Virus record (IMG/VR): IMGVR_UViG_3300017766_003504
Span: 1-45,460 of that record
Reading direction: 5' to 3' (one strand)
Length of the DNA stretch: 45,460 nucleotides
Source of the DNA: a virus
Lineage: Duplodnaviria > Caudoviricetes
Shown: in pieces, positions 9,931 through 19,168 of the stretch
Position numbering within the stretch: position 1 is the stretch's first letter
Layout: each line of letters starts with the position of its first letter
Notes under the pieces: model-generated
Databases searched by the model: none
Seen by the model: only the letters and a program-made list of their open reading frames with translations
Told to the model about the DNA's origin: nothing
Translations under genes and position numbers: made by a program

Positions 9931-10542
9931 ATGTCTGCTTTCGCTGTCCAAAGCGAACCCCCGGCAGCGGACCAAAGCACCTACGGGACTAAAGACCCCA
10001 TTCTAGCGGCAACGCTAGGCAACTTTGGGTTTCAAGCGCGCCACTCCATTCCAGTGATGCTGGTTGTGTCCGCAAGCGGGGTGATTGACGCAGTGGACAA
10101 AAAGACGGGACGCATCGCGGATTGCGCGCATTTGGAGTTTCGTTTTGAAGCGGAAGTGATGGACTCTGTTTACGGGGTGCTGCGGGCGCAAGACGTGGCT
10201 TTTGCCCATGAGATTGCAAAACTAGCTCAAAAGGAGGAAACCCGCGAGATTTCCGGTGCAGAGGGGTTGCGGCTGTCACAGATGCGGGAGCGGTGGAAAT
10301 CCCGTTCAATCGGTAAGGATGGGCAAAACATGGCAGGCACGTTGCTTTACATGGTGCAAAAGTGTTATGACCAAGTAACCAATTTCATGGTAATTTGCGT
10401 TGTGACAAAAGAGCTTGCGAGAAACCCAATGATTGAGTTTAGCAAATTAGTTTACGAAGGGGTTGCTTACGCCGTTGAACCACTCGAAACAGAACCGCAA
10501 GCACAGCGCAGAAGCGAAAAGATGATGCTGAAACCCCGCTAA
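9931..10542 (+). CDS. Hypothetical protein in tail module
   Basis: 203-aa ORF in operon context. Confidence 0.6.
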   Translation: MSAFAVQSEPPAADQSTYGTKDPILAATLGNFGFQARHSIPVMLVVSASGVIDAVDKKTGRIADCAHLEFRFEAEVMDSVYGVLRAQDVAFAHEIAKLAQKEETREISGAEGLRLSQMRERWKSRSIGKDGQNMAGTLLYMVQKCYDQVTNFMVICVVTKELARNPMIEFSKLVYEGVAYAVEPLETEPQAQRRSEKMMLKPR

Positions 10543-10548
10543 CTTCCC

Positions 10549-11082
10549 ATGCCCATCCTAAACCCAAATTCAGTTTCACCGGAAGAAGCCCAACGGGAAA
10601 AAACCATTGGGCAGGCAATCGTAAATGGCGCGCAAAGTGTTTGCGGATTACACTGCGTCCGGGACATTACTCCCCTTGTGATGACTGTTTTGCAGCGCAC
10701 AAACAACCCGTTCGTAACAGGCAAGGCGGGGTTTGAGGCTGCGGGCATTTCATTTGCCGAAGATGGGAATGTGCAAGACCCGGCGCAATTCGCAATGCGC
10801 ATGATGCCCTTTACTGCGGAAGTGCTCATTTGCTTTTCGTGCTCCCGTGAAGACCTAAAGCGCTACGCGGCGGATTCTGCCGCTCTCCAAAGCGCAGCGC
10901 TGGACTACATGGAGGGTTCAACCATTGAAGCTTTGGCAGAGGCAACGGTGTTCGTTTCAGAGCGGTTGGGGGTAATTACTAAAAGCCGTGCTTCTCCGTC
11001 GCAAGAATCAACCAAGCCAAAGGCTGCCGGATTGGGAGGGGACGGCAAAGGAAGCCCAAAAAAGCGCGTCCGCACTGGCTAG
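10549..11082 (+). CDS. Tail assembly chaperone (gpG-like)
   Basis: Upstream of tape measure; ends just after slippery heptamer A AAA AAG (11058-11064). Confidence 0.7.
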   Translation: MPILNPNSVSPEEAQREKTIGQAIVNGAQSVCGLHCVRDITPLVMTVLQRTNNPFVTGKAGFEAAGISFAEDGNVQDPAQFAMRMMPFTAEVLICFSCSREDLKRYAADSAALQSAALDYMEGSTIEALAEATVFVSERLGVITKSRASPSQESTKPKAAGLGGDGKGSPKKRVRTG

Positions 11083-11294
11083 CGCAAATCCTTGTTTCCC
11101 TTCTCCCGCTTTACGGGGACGAAGACTTGATTTTGTGCGACATGGGATTAGCAAAGTGTTATGCGCTAATTCACGCCATTGCGGACCAAAACGGAGCGGA
11201 AACCGTGTGGGCGGATGAAGACCAAGGCGGGCAAGTTGCCTGCATGGAGCAAGCCCGCGAAATTATGCGCAACAACTACCGATTCAGAGAATGA
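11058..11294 (+). CDS. -1 frameshift extension of tail chaperone (gpGT-like)
   Basis: The -1 frame after A AAA AAG is open for ~76 codons (ARPHWLAQILVSLLPLYGDEDL...NNYRFRE) and stops at a TGA overlapping the next ATG at 11291. Confidence 0.75.
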   Translation, partial: KKARPHWLAQILVSLLPLYGDEDLILCDMGLAKCYALIHAIADQNGAETVWADEDQGGQVACMEQAREIMRNNYRFRE

Positions 11295-11872
11295 GCAAAA
11301 CAGGCGCGACATGGAATGACACTAATTTCAAGAATGGTCTGAAAAACTATCTTGATTTCAAAAGGAACGTTGACCCGAAGACAGAGCTAAGACGGCGCGC
11401 AAAGAATGTGGGTATGCGTCTGGTGGGCATCTTCAAAACAAAGGGTGTCAGCTTGTCTGACATTACAAGCAAGGCAAGGTCTTTGGGGGGTAGGCTAAAG
11501 GTGCGCCCCAAAATCTTAGCAAAAGGGAAAGCGTTGGGTTGGACGTGGGCGCGGATACTTCGCGCGGAAACCAATGCCCGCCGCTCTGCAAAGGGGTTTA
11601 CTTCAACGGGTTGGTTTCCATCGGTGGAGAAGTTGGGAGGAAGCCCAAAACGCGCCATCCGCCCCGGTGGGGGACCAAGGCGCGGAAAGATAATTGAGAA
11701 GATGGGAACTTTTGTGAAATCGGAAACCTTGGTTAACGAACAGCCGGGAGCGGGGCACACTGCGGACAAGACAGCCGGTGACACGCAAAAAGCCTTGGAT
11801 GATGAAACGGCAGACATGGCGGCTTACGTTGACCGCAAACTTAGGCAAGCGGCTAGGAGAAATGGACTATGA
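11291..11872 (+). CDS. Basic tail-completion / neck protein (gp10-like)
   Basis: 193 aa, very Lys/Arg-rich, with a 'GW' motif; tail-module location. Confidence 0.5.
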   Translation: MSKTGATWNDTNFKNGLKNYLDFKRNVDPKTELRRRAKNVGMRLVGIFKTKGVSLSDITSKARSLGGRLKVRPKILAKGKALGWTWARILRAETNARRSAKGFTSTGWFPSVEKLGGSPKRAIRPGGGPRRGKIIEKMGTFVKSETLVNEQPGAGHTADKTAGDTQKALDDETADMAAYVDRKLRQAARRNGL

Positions 11873-12180
11873 TGCAACCCCACGCCGGGCGCTGGTTATG
11901 GTGGCAGCTTCATACGTTCACAGAGAAGATAGACCAATCACCAGAACAGCGGAAGGCTTGGCTTGCAAACTGGTTTGCCACGGTAAAAAAGTTGCTTGGG
12001 TGTGACAGTTGTTACAAGAAACTTGAGCGCTTTTGCAATTTGTGGGAACCCCCGCTAAACGGCGATTTACACGCTTGGGGTATGTGCCTACATGACTATG
12101 TAAACCACGAACTTGGCCGGGGGCTAGCCTACCCCGAATTGACGCTTGCCCCGCTGAAAGAAAGAGGCATAGTCCACTGA
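11869..12180 (+). CDS. Erv1/Alr-like FAD-linked sulfhydryl oxidase
   Basis: 'GRWLWWQLHT', 'LLGCDSC' (CxxC), 'WGMCLHDYVNHELGR' in the order and spacing of the ERV/ALR signature G..W..LH / CxxC / W....HN.VN..LGK. Confidence 0.72.
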   Translation: MMQPHAGRWLWWQLHTFTEKIDQSPEQRKAWLANWFATVKKLLGCDSCYKKLERFCNLWEPPLNGDLHAWGMCLHDYVNHELGRGLAYPELTLAPLKERGIVH

Positions 12181-12181
12181 C

Positions 12182-13561
12182 ATGGCACGTAACTCCAAAG
12201 CCACCGCAAAGGTTGAGCTAGATTCCGGTCCTTTCGAGAAGGGAGCGAAAGCTATCATCAGTGCTGCAAATGCCATGTCAATGGCGGTAAAGGCGGCGAT
12301 GGGTGCGGCGGGTGCGGCGCTTGTGGCAGCTTTTGGGGTGAAGTTTGTACGAGGCATTAAGGACGCAATCAAAGACGTTTTGGACCTTGGTGAAGAGATG
12401 GCAAACGCGGGCAAAAGAGTGGGTGCCGCTGCCGGGCAATTCTACTTGTTCAACCGTGCGGTTGAGAAAGGGATTGCGCTAAAAACTGCCGGGAGACTTA
12501 TTGGGGAAAATGCCGAAGCGCTCAACCGTTCTGCGAATACTTTCCGCGACGTGTCAATCAAGTTGTGGGCGGTAGGTGAGAAGATTCGCGGTTTCTGGCT
12601 TGGACTTATGGAGCGCGTTGCCCCGGTGCTCTCCAAGTTGCTTGACGGTGCCCTTGGGGTTAGCTTGGTGAAAGCAGGCAACGATTTTGGAGAAGCTTTG
12701 GTGAACGCTGTTGGAGTCGTTTACCAACTAGCCAAGGACGGCAAGCTTTGGGACACAATCAAAGAGGGTTTTGGAATTGCTTTTGATTATGCTGTTGAGC
12801 GTTTGCGGTGGTTTGCGAGCACGTTGTTTAGCGCCGTGTATCAGGCAATGTCCAATGCGCTTTACAGCGCGCTTACAACGACATTTGAGGAAGTAAAAAA
12901 TCAGTTTATTTCCTTGGGTGCTGTTCTGTCTTTCCACATTAGCAAGGCATTGGTGAACGCGGCAGTTGCGTTTGCTGGCACAATGAATAAGTGGGTTGGC
13001 GCTTTTGGGAAAATCCTTGCCGGGTTTTCGCGCGGCGGGTTTTCTGGCGCGGGAGTGGCAATCAAAGACTTGGCAATGGGTGGGAGGGAACCGGACTTGA
13101 TTGCAAGCGGTGTTGATACCGCTGCCAAAGCAGCAAAGGCAAAAGCAGAACAAGAGAGTTTCGCGGACACCATTAAAAAGGTGTTTTCTGAAAATGGGTT
13201 TAAGATGAATCCAGAGATGCAAGCCCGCATTGACAAGTTAGGCATTGGGCTTGGTGCTACATTTGACAAATTCAAAAGCAGTCAAACGAATGCCCCCGGT
13301 CAAAGCATTGAGAACAACACCCGGCGCGCAGCGTTTGGCGCGGATTCGCTCACGTCCATTGGCGGCGGCGGCGGGGTTTATCTTGGGTTGTCTGTCTTGG
13401 ACGTGAACAAGGCACAATTGCGCGAGTTGAAAGAAATTAACTCAAAACTAGGCGGCGCGTCCCTTGAGCCATCCACAAGTGACGCTTCAAACTCCCCAAG
13501 GCGTCCCGGCGTTTCACGCTTCCAATCAAACCCGCCAATTTTGAGAACTAGCAGCTTATGA
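12182..13561 (+). CDS. Tape measure protein (short, 459 aa)
   Basis: Ala/Gly-rich helical protein; N-terminal 'LDSGPFEKG' and C-terminal 'ADSLTSIGGGG' motifs; follows the chaperone genes. Confidence 0.75.
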   Translation: MARNSKATAKVELDSGPFEKGAKAIISAANAMSMAVKAAMGAAGAALVAAFGVKFVRGIKDAIKDVLDLGEEMANAGKRVGAAAGQFYLFNRAVEKGIALKTAGRLIGENAEALNRSANTFRDVSIKLWAVGEKIRGFWLGLMERVAPVLSKLLDGALGVSLVKAGNDFGEALVNAVGVVYQLAKDGKLWDTIKEGFGIAFDYAVERLRWFASTLFSAVYQAMSNALYSALTTTFEEVKNQFISLGAVLSFHISKALVNAAVAFAGTMNKWVGAFGKILAGFSRGGFSGAGVAIKDLAMGGREPDLIASGVDTAAKAAKAKAEQESFADTIKKVFSENGFKMNPEMQARIDKLGIGLGATFDKFKSSQTNAPGQSIENNTRRAAFGADSLTSIGGGGGVYLGLSVLDVNKAQLRELKEINSKLGGASLEPSTSDASNSPRRPGVSRFQSNPPILRTSSL

Positions 13562-14274
13562 GCGCCTTTGGAAACGCCGGTCTAACAAAAATTCCGGGTG
13601 CAGTTTACAAGGTTGAGCAATCCAGTTTTGCCACCTATGACAAAAGCTATTCAGGTGTCTTGGTAGGTGCAATTCCATTCCTACAAGGTGACATTGCGGA
13701 AGAATACCCCAACACGGTCTTAATGACCATGAACGTTACGGAGACAGGCGAGCAATGCAACCATGTAAGGATTGATTTGCACTATGAGGGTAAGGCAACC
13801 TCTTTTGTGGGTGCAGATACCAAAATGGATATTGCGGTTGATTTCACCACGTCACAAGAACCTGTTGAGTCACACCCCGATTTTACAACGGAGATAGGGG
13901 GCACCCCAACAGAACCTTTGCATGGTGCTGTATTTGACGCTCGCACAGGTGAATTTCTTGGGTTCCCTGTGGTTGACCCGGATGAACCGGACCAATCCCC
14001 AAGCCGGTTTGCAGGCGTTAGAAGCTACCTAATGCCACAGGAAACGTTTACCTCAACAACTGTTGAATTTGACTATCCAAGCGAAGCGGACATTGCATCT
14101 GTTGGTCAAGTGTTTAACCCAAGCTTTAACCTGCCAGCGCTGCCGGGAAATCGGTCTTGGTTAAACTCTGGTATTCGCGTCCAGAACATCGGCAACGTTT
14201 ATTACAGAACACAGCAAACAGGCATGTTGAGCGGTCCACGTAACTGGTTGCCGGAGATTTACGGTTCGCTGTAA
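13558..14274 (+). CDS. Tail tip/hub-like protein
   Basis: Directly after tape measure; 'SQEPVESHPDF' and 'FAGVRSYL' motifs; ends 'WLPEIY'. Confidence 0.6.
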   Translation: MSAFGNAGLTKIPGAVYKVEQSSFATYDKSYSGVLVGAIPFLQGDIAEEYPNTVLMTMNVTETGEQCNHVRIDLHYEGKATSFVGADTKMDIAVDFTTSQEPVESHPDFTTEIGGTPTEPLHGAVFDARTGEFLGFPVVDPDEPDQSPSRFAGVRSYLMPQETFTSTTVEFDYPSEADIASVGQVFNPSFNLPALPGNRSWLNSGIRVQNIGNVYYRTQQTGMLSGPRNWLPEIYGSL

Positions 14275-14279
14275 ACAAC

Positions 14280-14768
14280 ATGGACGCACAAACACTGCGG
14301 CGGGTGCTTTGGGACTTAATCAGGTTCAACCCAAAGGATTTCACAGTGCAAGGCACGCCAACAGGATACAACGTGAGTGCTCGCAACAACGCGCGACCGG
14401 AAGACCCTGTTTGTTATCTTGGGTTGTTTGACAGTACAGAAACGCCGGGTTCACCGCAGATAGGGGTGAGGTGGGGCAAGATAAACGGACGCCAACCAAT
14501 AGGTTTTAACTCCCGTGGCAAGACTGCATCAATCCCAATTAGTACAACGCCTAGTTACATATATGCATATGCAACGCTGGACACCAATACGATGCTTTGG
14601 GTGGATGCCGGGGTAATCGTGGACCCACTGCCGGATAAACCAAACACAGCTACAACGGGTTATGAGTTGTTGGGTGTGGTGGAGTTGAATGGCACGCGCA
14701 TTCAAGCCCCCATTGCGTTCACTTGTGGGCACGTCACAATTGACATTTGCGATTTATCTTTGGAGTGA
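14280..14768 (+). CDS. Putative tail protein
   Basis: Beta-rich ORF in tail operon. Confidence 0.55.
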   Translation: MDAQTLRRVLWDLIRFNPKDFTVQGTPTGYNVSARNNARPEDPVCYLGLFDSTETPGSPQIGVRWGKINGRQPIGFNSRGKTASIPISTTPSYIYAYATLDTNTMLWVDAGVIVDPLPDKPNTATTGYELLGVVELNGTRIQAPIAFTCGHVTIDICDLSLE

Positions 14769-14772
14769 TGCA

Positions 14773-15780
14773 ATGCAGACTGAAAGCCTCTGGACGGTAG
14801 ACACAATTTCGGCGTCACTCACCATTAATAATAACTATGGTGACCGTGTTCTTGATATAAACTTTAAGGCTTTATTTAGCAGGCGCACACTTCTTAGCAT
14901 CCGTTCCTTTCAAGCTATTTGCGCAAGCAGGGGCGGTTATCGTGCGCTAATTGAGCCGGGCGAGTTTGTTCTTGCGCAACGAGACACACGGGGAAAATGC
15001 GCGTGTTGCCCATGTAGCCCCGAACTGGATTTTAACCCGCTGCCACCTGTGGCTTGCGGGACGGAGACTTATACGGACCCCGGCATAGAAGACAAAACGC
15101 TTTTTGGTGAAGTTACCATTTTAGACATCATCCCAAAAAACTGCCGCCCCGGATATGTTGACCCATCGTACTATTTCATAGACGAAGAGGGACCATACTT
15201 TACAGACTTTGTGCCCGCAACGCTGGCAATATCAGCGGTCATTGAAGGGGTGCAAGATTTGGTAAACGAAGAACAAACGGTTATTGCGGGGGGAGGTACG
15301 TTCTTCTTTGGCAGCGCTGTCTTGAAGTGGACAAATCCAGATGGGTGGATTGTGGACATTGCTTTAGCCGCTTCGTTGGGTCCAAGTTTTATGGGTCACA
15401 ACTTTACCGCAGTTGCGAGTTTCACACCACCCCCACCAGAAGACCCACAACCAGAAACAGACCCCGTTGAAGGGTTGGAAATCTCTTTGGAAACGAATGG
15501 TATCCGCGTTGCGTTTACTGGACAGTATGCCGGGCTTGCTGTTGGCCTGATTCAGTTGGTTAGCAACGATGTAACCACGCGCGATTTCCTTTCACCGCTA
15601 AACCTTCCTTCCGCCCGCATGGTGGCTACTTTTCTTATTCGGGAAGGTGCGCCAAATGGACCAGACCACTCAACATGGAGCGTGTCTTTGCCAATCAGCG
15701 GAAGATGCCCCAAGAACTACACCGGCAGCGCTCCCATAGGCTTTGCAGTCAGTGGCGAGTACATCATTGAATGGAGTTAA
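14773..15780 (+). CDS. Cys-rich putative tail protein
   Basis: ATG at 14773 in ORF 14689..15780; contains 'KCACCPC'; 8 Cys. Confidence 0.6.
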   Translation: MQTESLWTVDTISASLTINNNYGDRVLDINFKALFSRRTLLSIRSFQAICASRGGYRALIEPGEFVLAQRDTRGKCACCPCSPELDFNPLPPVACGTETYTDPGIEDKTLFGEVTILDIIPKNCRPGYVDPSYYFIDEEGPYFTDFVPATLAISAVIEGVQDLVNEEQTVIAGGGTFFFGSAVLKWTNPDGWIVDIALAASLGPSFMGHNFTAVASFTPPPPEDPQPETDPVEGLEISLETNGIRVAFTGQYAGLAVGLIQLVSNDVTTRDFLSPLNLPSARMVATFLIREGAPNGPDHSTWSVSLPISGRCPKNYTGSAPIGFAVSGEYIIEWS

Positions 15781-16001
15781 AAGGCAAAATTGAACGATGG
15801 GTAGTAAAGGACAGGCACCGTATTTGCAGTGCATGTGCGCAACTCGCACAGTGTTCAAGCGCGGGAGTGCTAAAGACATTGTTTTTTGAAGTCTCACGTT
15901 GCCCACTTGGAAAGCACCTATCGCGCAACGATGCAGTTGCCAAACGTGCTTGGCCGGACAGCGCCCCGCCGGTCAGTGGGTGTTGTGACAGGATGGACTA
16001 G
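15771..16001 (+). CDS. Small Cys-rich protein
   Basis: 76 aa with 6 Cys (CSAC, C, CPLGK, GCC); overlaps the previous stop. Confidence 0.6.
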   Translation: MELKGKIERWVVKDRHRICSACAQLAQCSSAGVLKTLFFEVSRCPLGKHLSRNDAVAKRAWPDSAPPVSGCCDRMD

Positions 16002-16042
16002 AGTTTGACAACCAAGAGAGTTTCAGTTAAACCGTTGCCACC

Positions 16043-16456
16043 ATGCCAGAAAAGTCTTCTTTCCTAAAACGCTCAATCTCGAAAGAAGTTGCAATTATCC
16101 AGCTTTTCCGCCCCCAAATCCAAAACCGGGTGACACAAGCAATGGACATTTTTGAGCGGCTGGTAAGCGAAGCTGAAACGCTCACCAAGCTTGGGACTGT
16201 GGTTGTTGCTGGTGGCACCAAGTTTCATCTCACCCCGGAAGATTTGAAAGCAAGCTTGGACGAATACGAGGAAGTAAAGTTGATTGCTGAAAAAGGACGC
16301 GAGTTTTTGGAAATCGTTGGGTTTGAATCTTTGCGGAAAAACATCCCCGCCGTTGGTGCCGCCCCTGTTGGAAAAAGTGTGGACGTGCAACCCATCTCCA
16401 CACAACTCCCCGGAAGCGAACCCCTTGAAGGTGTGATTGTTTCACCCAAGAAATGA
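16043..16456 (+). CDS. Hypothetical protein
   Basis: 137-aa ORF; TTGACA near 16005 upstream; ATGA coupling to next gene. Confidence 0.6.
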   Translation: MPEKSSFLKRSISKEVAIIQLFRPQIQNRVTQAMDIFERLVSEAETLTKLGTVVVAGGTKFHLTPEDLKASLDEYEEVKLIAEKGREFLEIVGFESLRKNIPAVGAAPVGKSVDVQPISTQLPGSEPLEGVIVSPKK

Positions 16457-17550
16457 AGCTAAACGCGCTCATTAACCAAAGCCGGTTCATCACCGGACCC
16501 GGCACCCCGGACGCACCGCTTTTCTTGCCTCCGTTGGTGTTTGGGAACGTTGTTCCCATTGAGTTGCGCGGGTGGAGTGAGTGCGCGGACGGCTCACTTG
16601 CTGCGGTGGATTTGTCCACGTATCAAATTAGTTTATTGGTGGGGAAATCCAACAGTCGCCCCACCCTTGGCTTTTGGCAGCTAACAACCACTTACGGCAC
16701 GTCAACGGCGATTGCATCACGCGCGACCAAGGAGGAAGTTGAAGCCGCGCTTGTTTATGCCTTTGCATCCTGCACCGTTGAGGGTGGCAATGGGTCTTAC
16801 ATTATCTCCCTCGTACAACCGGGGATTTGGGCTTTGCCAACAGCCACTTTCCAAGGCAACACGCTTTCCAACGTATTGGTTTTTGAAATCACCCCCGGCA
16901 CGGTAGACACCCCGGCACAGTATCGGGTTGAGGTCTTGGAAGTGGCACCCGCCCGCATTGTCCCGGCAGACTGGACAGCGGGGGACACAACGCCGGTAAA
17001 CACATTCACCCAAGTCAGCGGAAGGCTTTGGGAGCTTGTGCTGTCCCCGTCTGTGGATAACGGTTTTTTCACGTTGACCGTTGACGGCGATGAAACGGAG
17101 TTTATCGACTACGCGGGCGGCGCATACGCCATTCTTGTTGCTCTCACGGCAGCGGACAAAGCAGCAACAGTAATACCCAACGGCACGGGTGGCTATTGGG
17201 TAAAGTTTGCGGCAGACGTAACAACGGCAAGCGTGGGCGGGAATCTAGTTATTCTCCCGTTTTCGGAAGGCAACCTAGACCTTACTTCAACAGGTGTCCG
17301 GGAGTTGCTGGACGGATTGCAATTTACGGACGTAAAACTTACCGTTGTTTTAGTTAAGGACGGGCAAACAATCACAGCCGCAATTGCGGATGCCATGCTT
17401 GTAATGCCTGTCAACCAACCCGCAACAATCACCATTGACGCGCCACGAATGGCAGGGTTGACCTTCGCAATTTCAGACGATGAAAGCTATTTGGAGGTTT
17501 ACCAGAACGGCGAGTTGATTGGCACTGTTGCGCTGAATGCCACTTCGTAA
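16453..17550 (+). CDS. Putative baseplate/tail structural protein
   Basis: 365 aa, Thr/Val/Gly-rich, beta-rich; upstream of the fibre genes. Confidence 0.6.
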   Translation: MKLNALINQSRFITGPGTPDAPLFLPPLVFGNVVPIELRGWSECADGSLAAVDLSTYQISLLVGKSNSRPTLGFWQLTTTYGTSTAIASRATKEEVEAALVYAFASCTVEGGNGSYIISLVQPGIWALPTATFQGNTLSNVLVFEITPGTVDTPAQYRVEVLEVAPARIVPADWTAGDTTPVNTFTQVSGRLWELVLSPSVDNGFFTLTVDGDETEFIDYAGGAYAILVALTAADKAATVIPNGTGGYWVKFAADVTTASVGGNLVILPFSEGNLDLTSTGVRELLDGLQFTDVKLTVVLVKDGQTITAAIADAMLVMPVNQPATITIDAPRMAGLTFAISDDESYLEVYQNGELIGTVALNATS

Positions 17551-17552
17551 AA

Positions 17553-17747
17553 ATGGCTGTCCCCGCGCAAATAGCTTTTTCCATTACTTCGGATGGCTCA
17601 AACCTTCGGGTTTATTCGTCCGGTGCTGTTGCTGGTGATGCACCGATGAACGCGGTTCCAAGTGATGACACATACTTGCAACCGGATGGGGTTTCAAACT
17701 ACTTGCAACCGGATGGGGTTTCTCTTTATCTTCAACCCGCCTTTTAG
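17553..17747 (+). CDS. Small structural protein with YLQP repeats
   Basis: 64 aa; YLQPDGVS twice plus YLQP; fills the gap. Confidence 0.55.
   Translation: MAVPAQIAFSITSDGSNLRVYSSGAVAGDAPMNAVPSDDTYLQPDGVSNYLQPDGVSLYLQPAF
17673..17722 (+). repeat. 27-bp-period tandem repeat
   Basis: TACTTGCAACCGGATGGGGTTTC at 17673-17695 and 17700-17722. Confidence 0.85.
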
Positions 17748-17752
17748 CCCCA

Positions 17753-19162
17753 ATGCCTGATATAATCACATCCGCCGCAATAAAGACGTTCATGGAGTCT
17801 GCGAACGTTGCCGCAATGCTTACGACACTGGGACTAAGCCCAACAAGCAATGTCAGCTTTGCCGCTGGCAATTTCACTAGCACCAATGCCGCAACGGTTG
17901 TGGCAACGGTTACGGGTGCGAGCGGACAGACCGCAAAACTTCAAGAGTGGAAAAACAGCGCGGGCACGGTGTTGGCAAGCATTGACCCAAACGGAAACTT
18001 AAAGCTCGCGGGGCTTGGCATTGGAATTGCCGCATCCGCAATGGCAAGTGTGCAAGCCACAAACGCCACAGGCACAATTTCAGTTTCCGGTCCTAATGTT
18101 ACCGGGAGCGGCACCAGTTTTACCACGGAAGTTTCAAACGGCGACCACATCAACGTTGGTGGGGTTACACTTACAGTAAATGAGGTTGATTCAGACACAT
18201 CTTTGACGCTTACGGGTTCTGGACCCACACTAAGCGGTCAACCTTTCGTTGTTCTGCCGGATGACGGGATTGTTACCGATTACCTTGGCCGGAATTATCT
18301 GAAAGGAATCGGCACAACCATTTCGGCGAGTGTGGATATTGGTGGGGGGTTGTATTTATCCGGTGTTGGCACAAGTGGCTTGTCTGGTGTGATTATCTTG
18401 GAATCAAATGTTACTGGTTCTGATTCTGCTTCTGGCATCTTTGCAACGGCAACATGGAATACCACGGGTGCCCCATCACTAATTTACGCAAGCCTCACTG
18501 ATACCGCCTCAAACCCTGCATCTCTGCTTATCCAATTGCAAGTTGGCGGGGTGGATAACTTTTCAGTCAGTAAAGCAGGCGCAATCTATTCGGCAGCAAG
18601 CACGATAACGCTTGGCGCAATCGTGTTGACCGCACCCCCGGCAAGTTCTGTGGTGCTTGGCGCTGCGGCGAATGGCGCGACAACGCAAATTCTTGTTGGT
18701 GGCGGTGCGTCCGCATTGGCGGTGTGGACTACCGCAACGGGGAGCGGTGCGCCTGTGCGGGCGACTTCGCCAACGCTTGCAACACCCAACATTGGTGCGG
18801 CTACCGGGACAAATCTTGTTTTATCAGATGGGTTGACGATAGCAAACTTTGGTAATGGTTCCACAATCTTTGTTCAATCTGCGGCGGGCCGTGCTTTTTC
18901 CTTTGGGTCAAATGGTGCTCAATGGAGCGTAAGCACTGCGGGAAACCTATCTTCTGCCGGTAGTCAAAATTTCAGTGTTGGCGGGTACATCTCCCTTGGC
19001 GCTTTCACGGTTGGCACGCTGCCAACAGCAACGGCGGGACGCACTGCTTACGTCACGGATTCCAACGCGGCGCTCACAGCAGGCATCGGCGCTGTGGTTG
19101 CAGGTGGCGGCGCAAATGTTGTCCCTGTTTTCGCGGATGGAACAAATTGGAGAATCGGATAA
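17753..19162 (+). CDS. Tail fibre/spike protein
   Basis: Ser/Thr/Gly/Ala-rich; 'GTISVSGPNVTGSGTSFTTEV' and C-terminal 'VPVFADGTNWRIG' modules typical of phage fibres. Confidence 0.75.
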   Translation: MPDIITSAAIKTFMESANVAAMLTTLGLSPTSNVSFAAGNFTSTNAATVVATVTGASGQTAKLQEWKNSAGTVLASIDPNGNLKLAGLGIGIAASAMASVQATNATGTISVSGPNVTGSGTSFTTEVSNGDHINVGGVTLTVNEVDSDTSLTLTGSGPTLSGQPFVVLPDDGIVTDYLGRNYLKGIGTTISASVDIGGGLYLSGVGTSGLSGVIILESNVTGSDSASGIFATATWNTTGAPSLIYASLTDTASNPASLLIQLQVGGVDNFSVSKAGAIYSAASTITLGAIVLTAPPASSVVLGAAANGATTQILVGGGASALAVWTTATGSGAPVRATSPTLATPNIGAATGTNLVLSDGLTIANFGNGSTIFVQSAAGRAFSFGSNGAQWSVSTAGNLSSAGSQNFSVGGYISLGAFTVGTLPTATAGRTAYVTDSNAALTAGIGAVVAGGGANVVPVFADGTNWRIG

Positions 19163-19168
19163 ACCACT

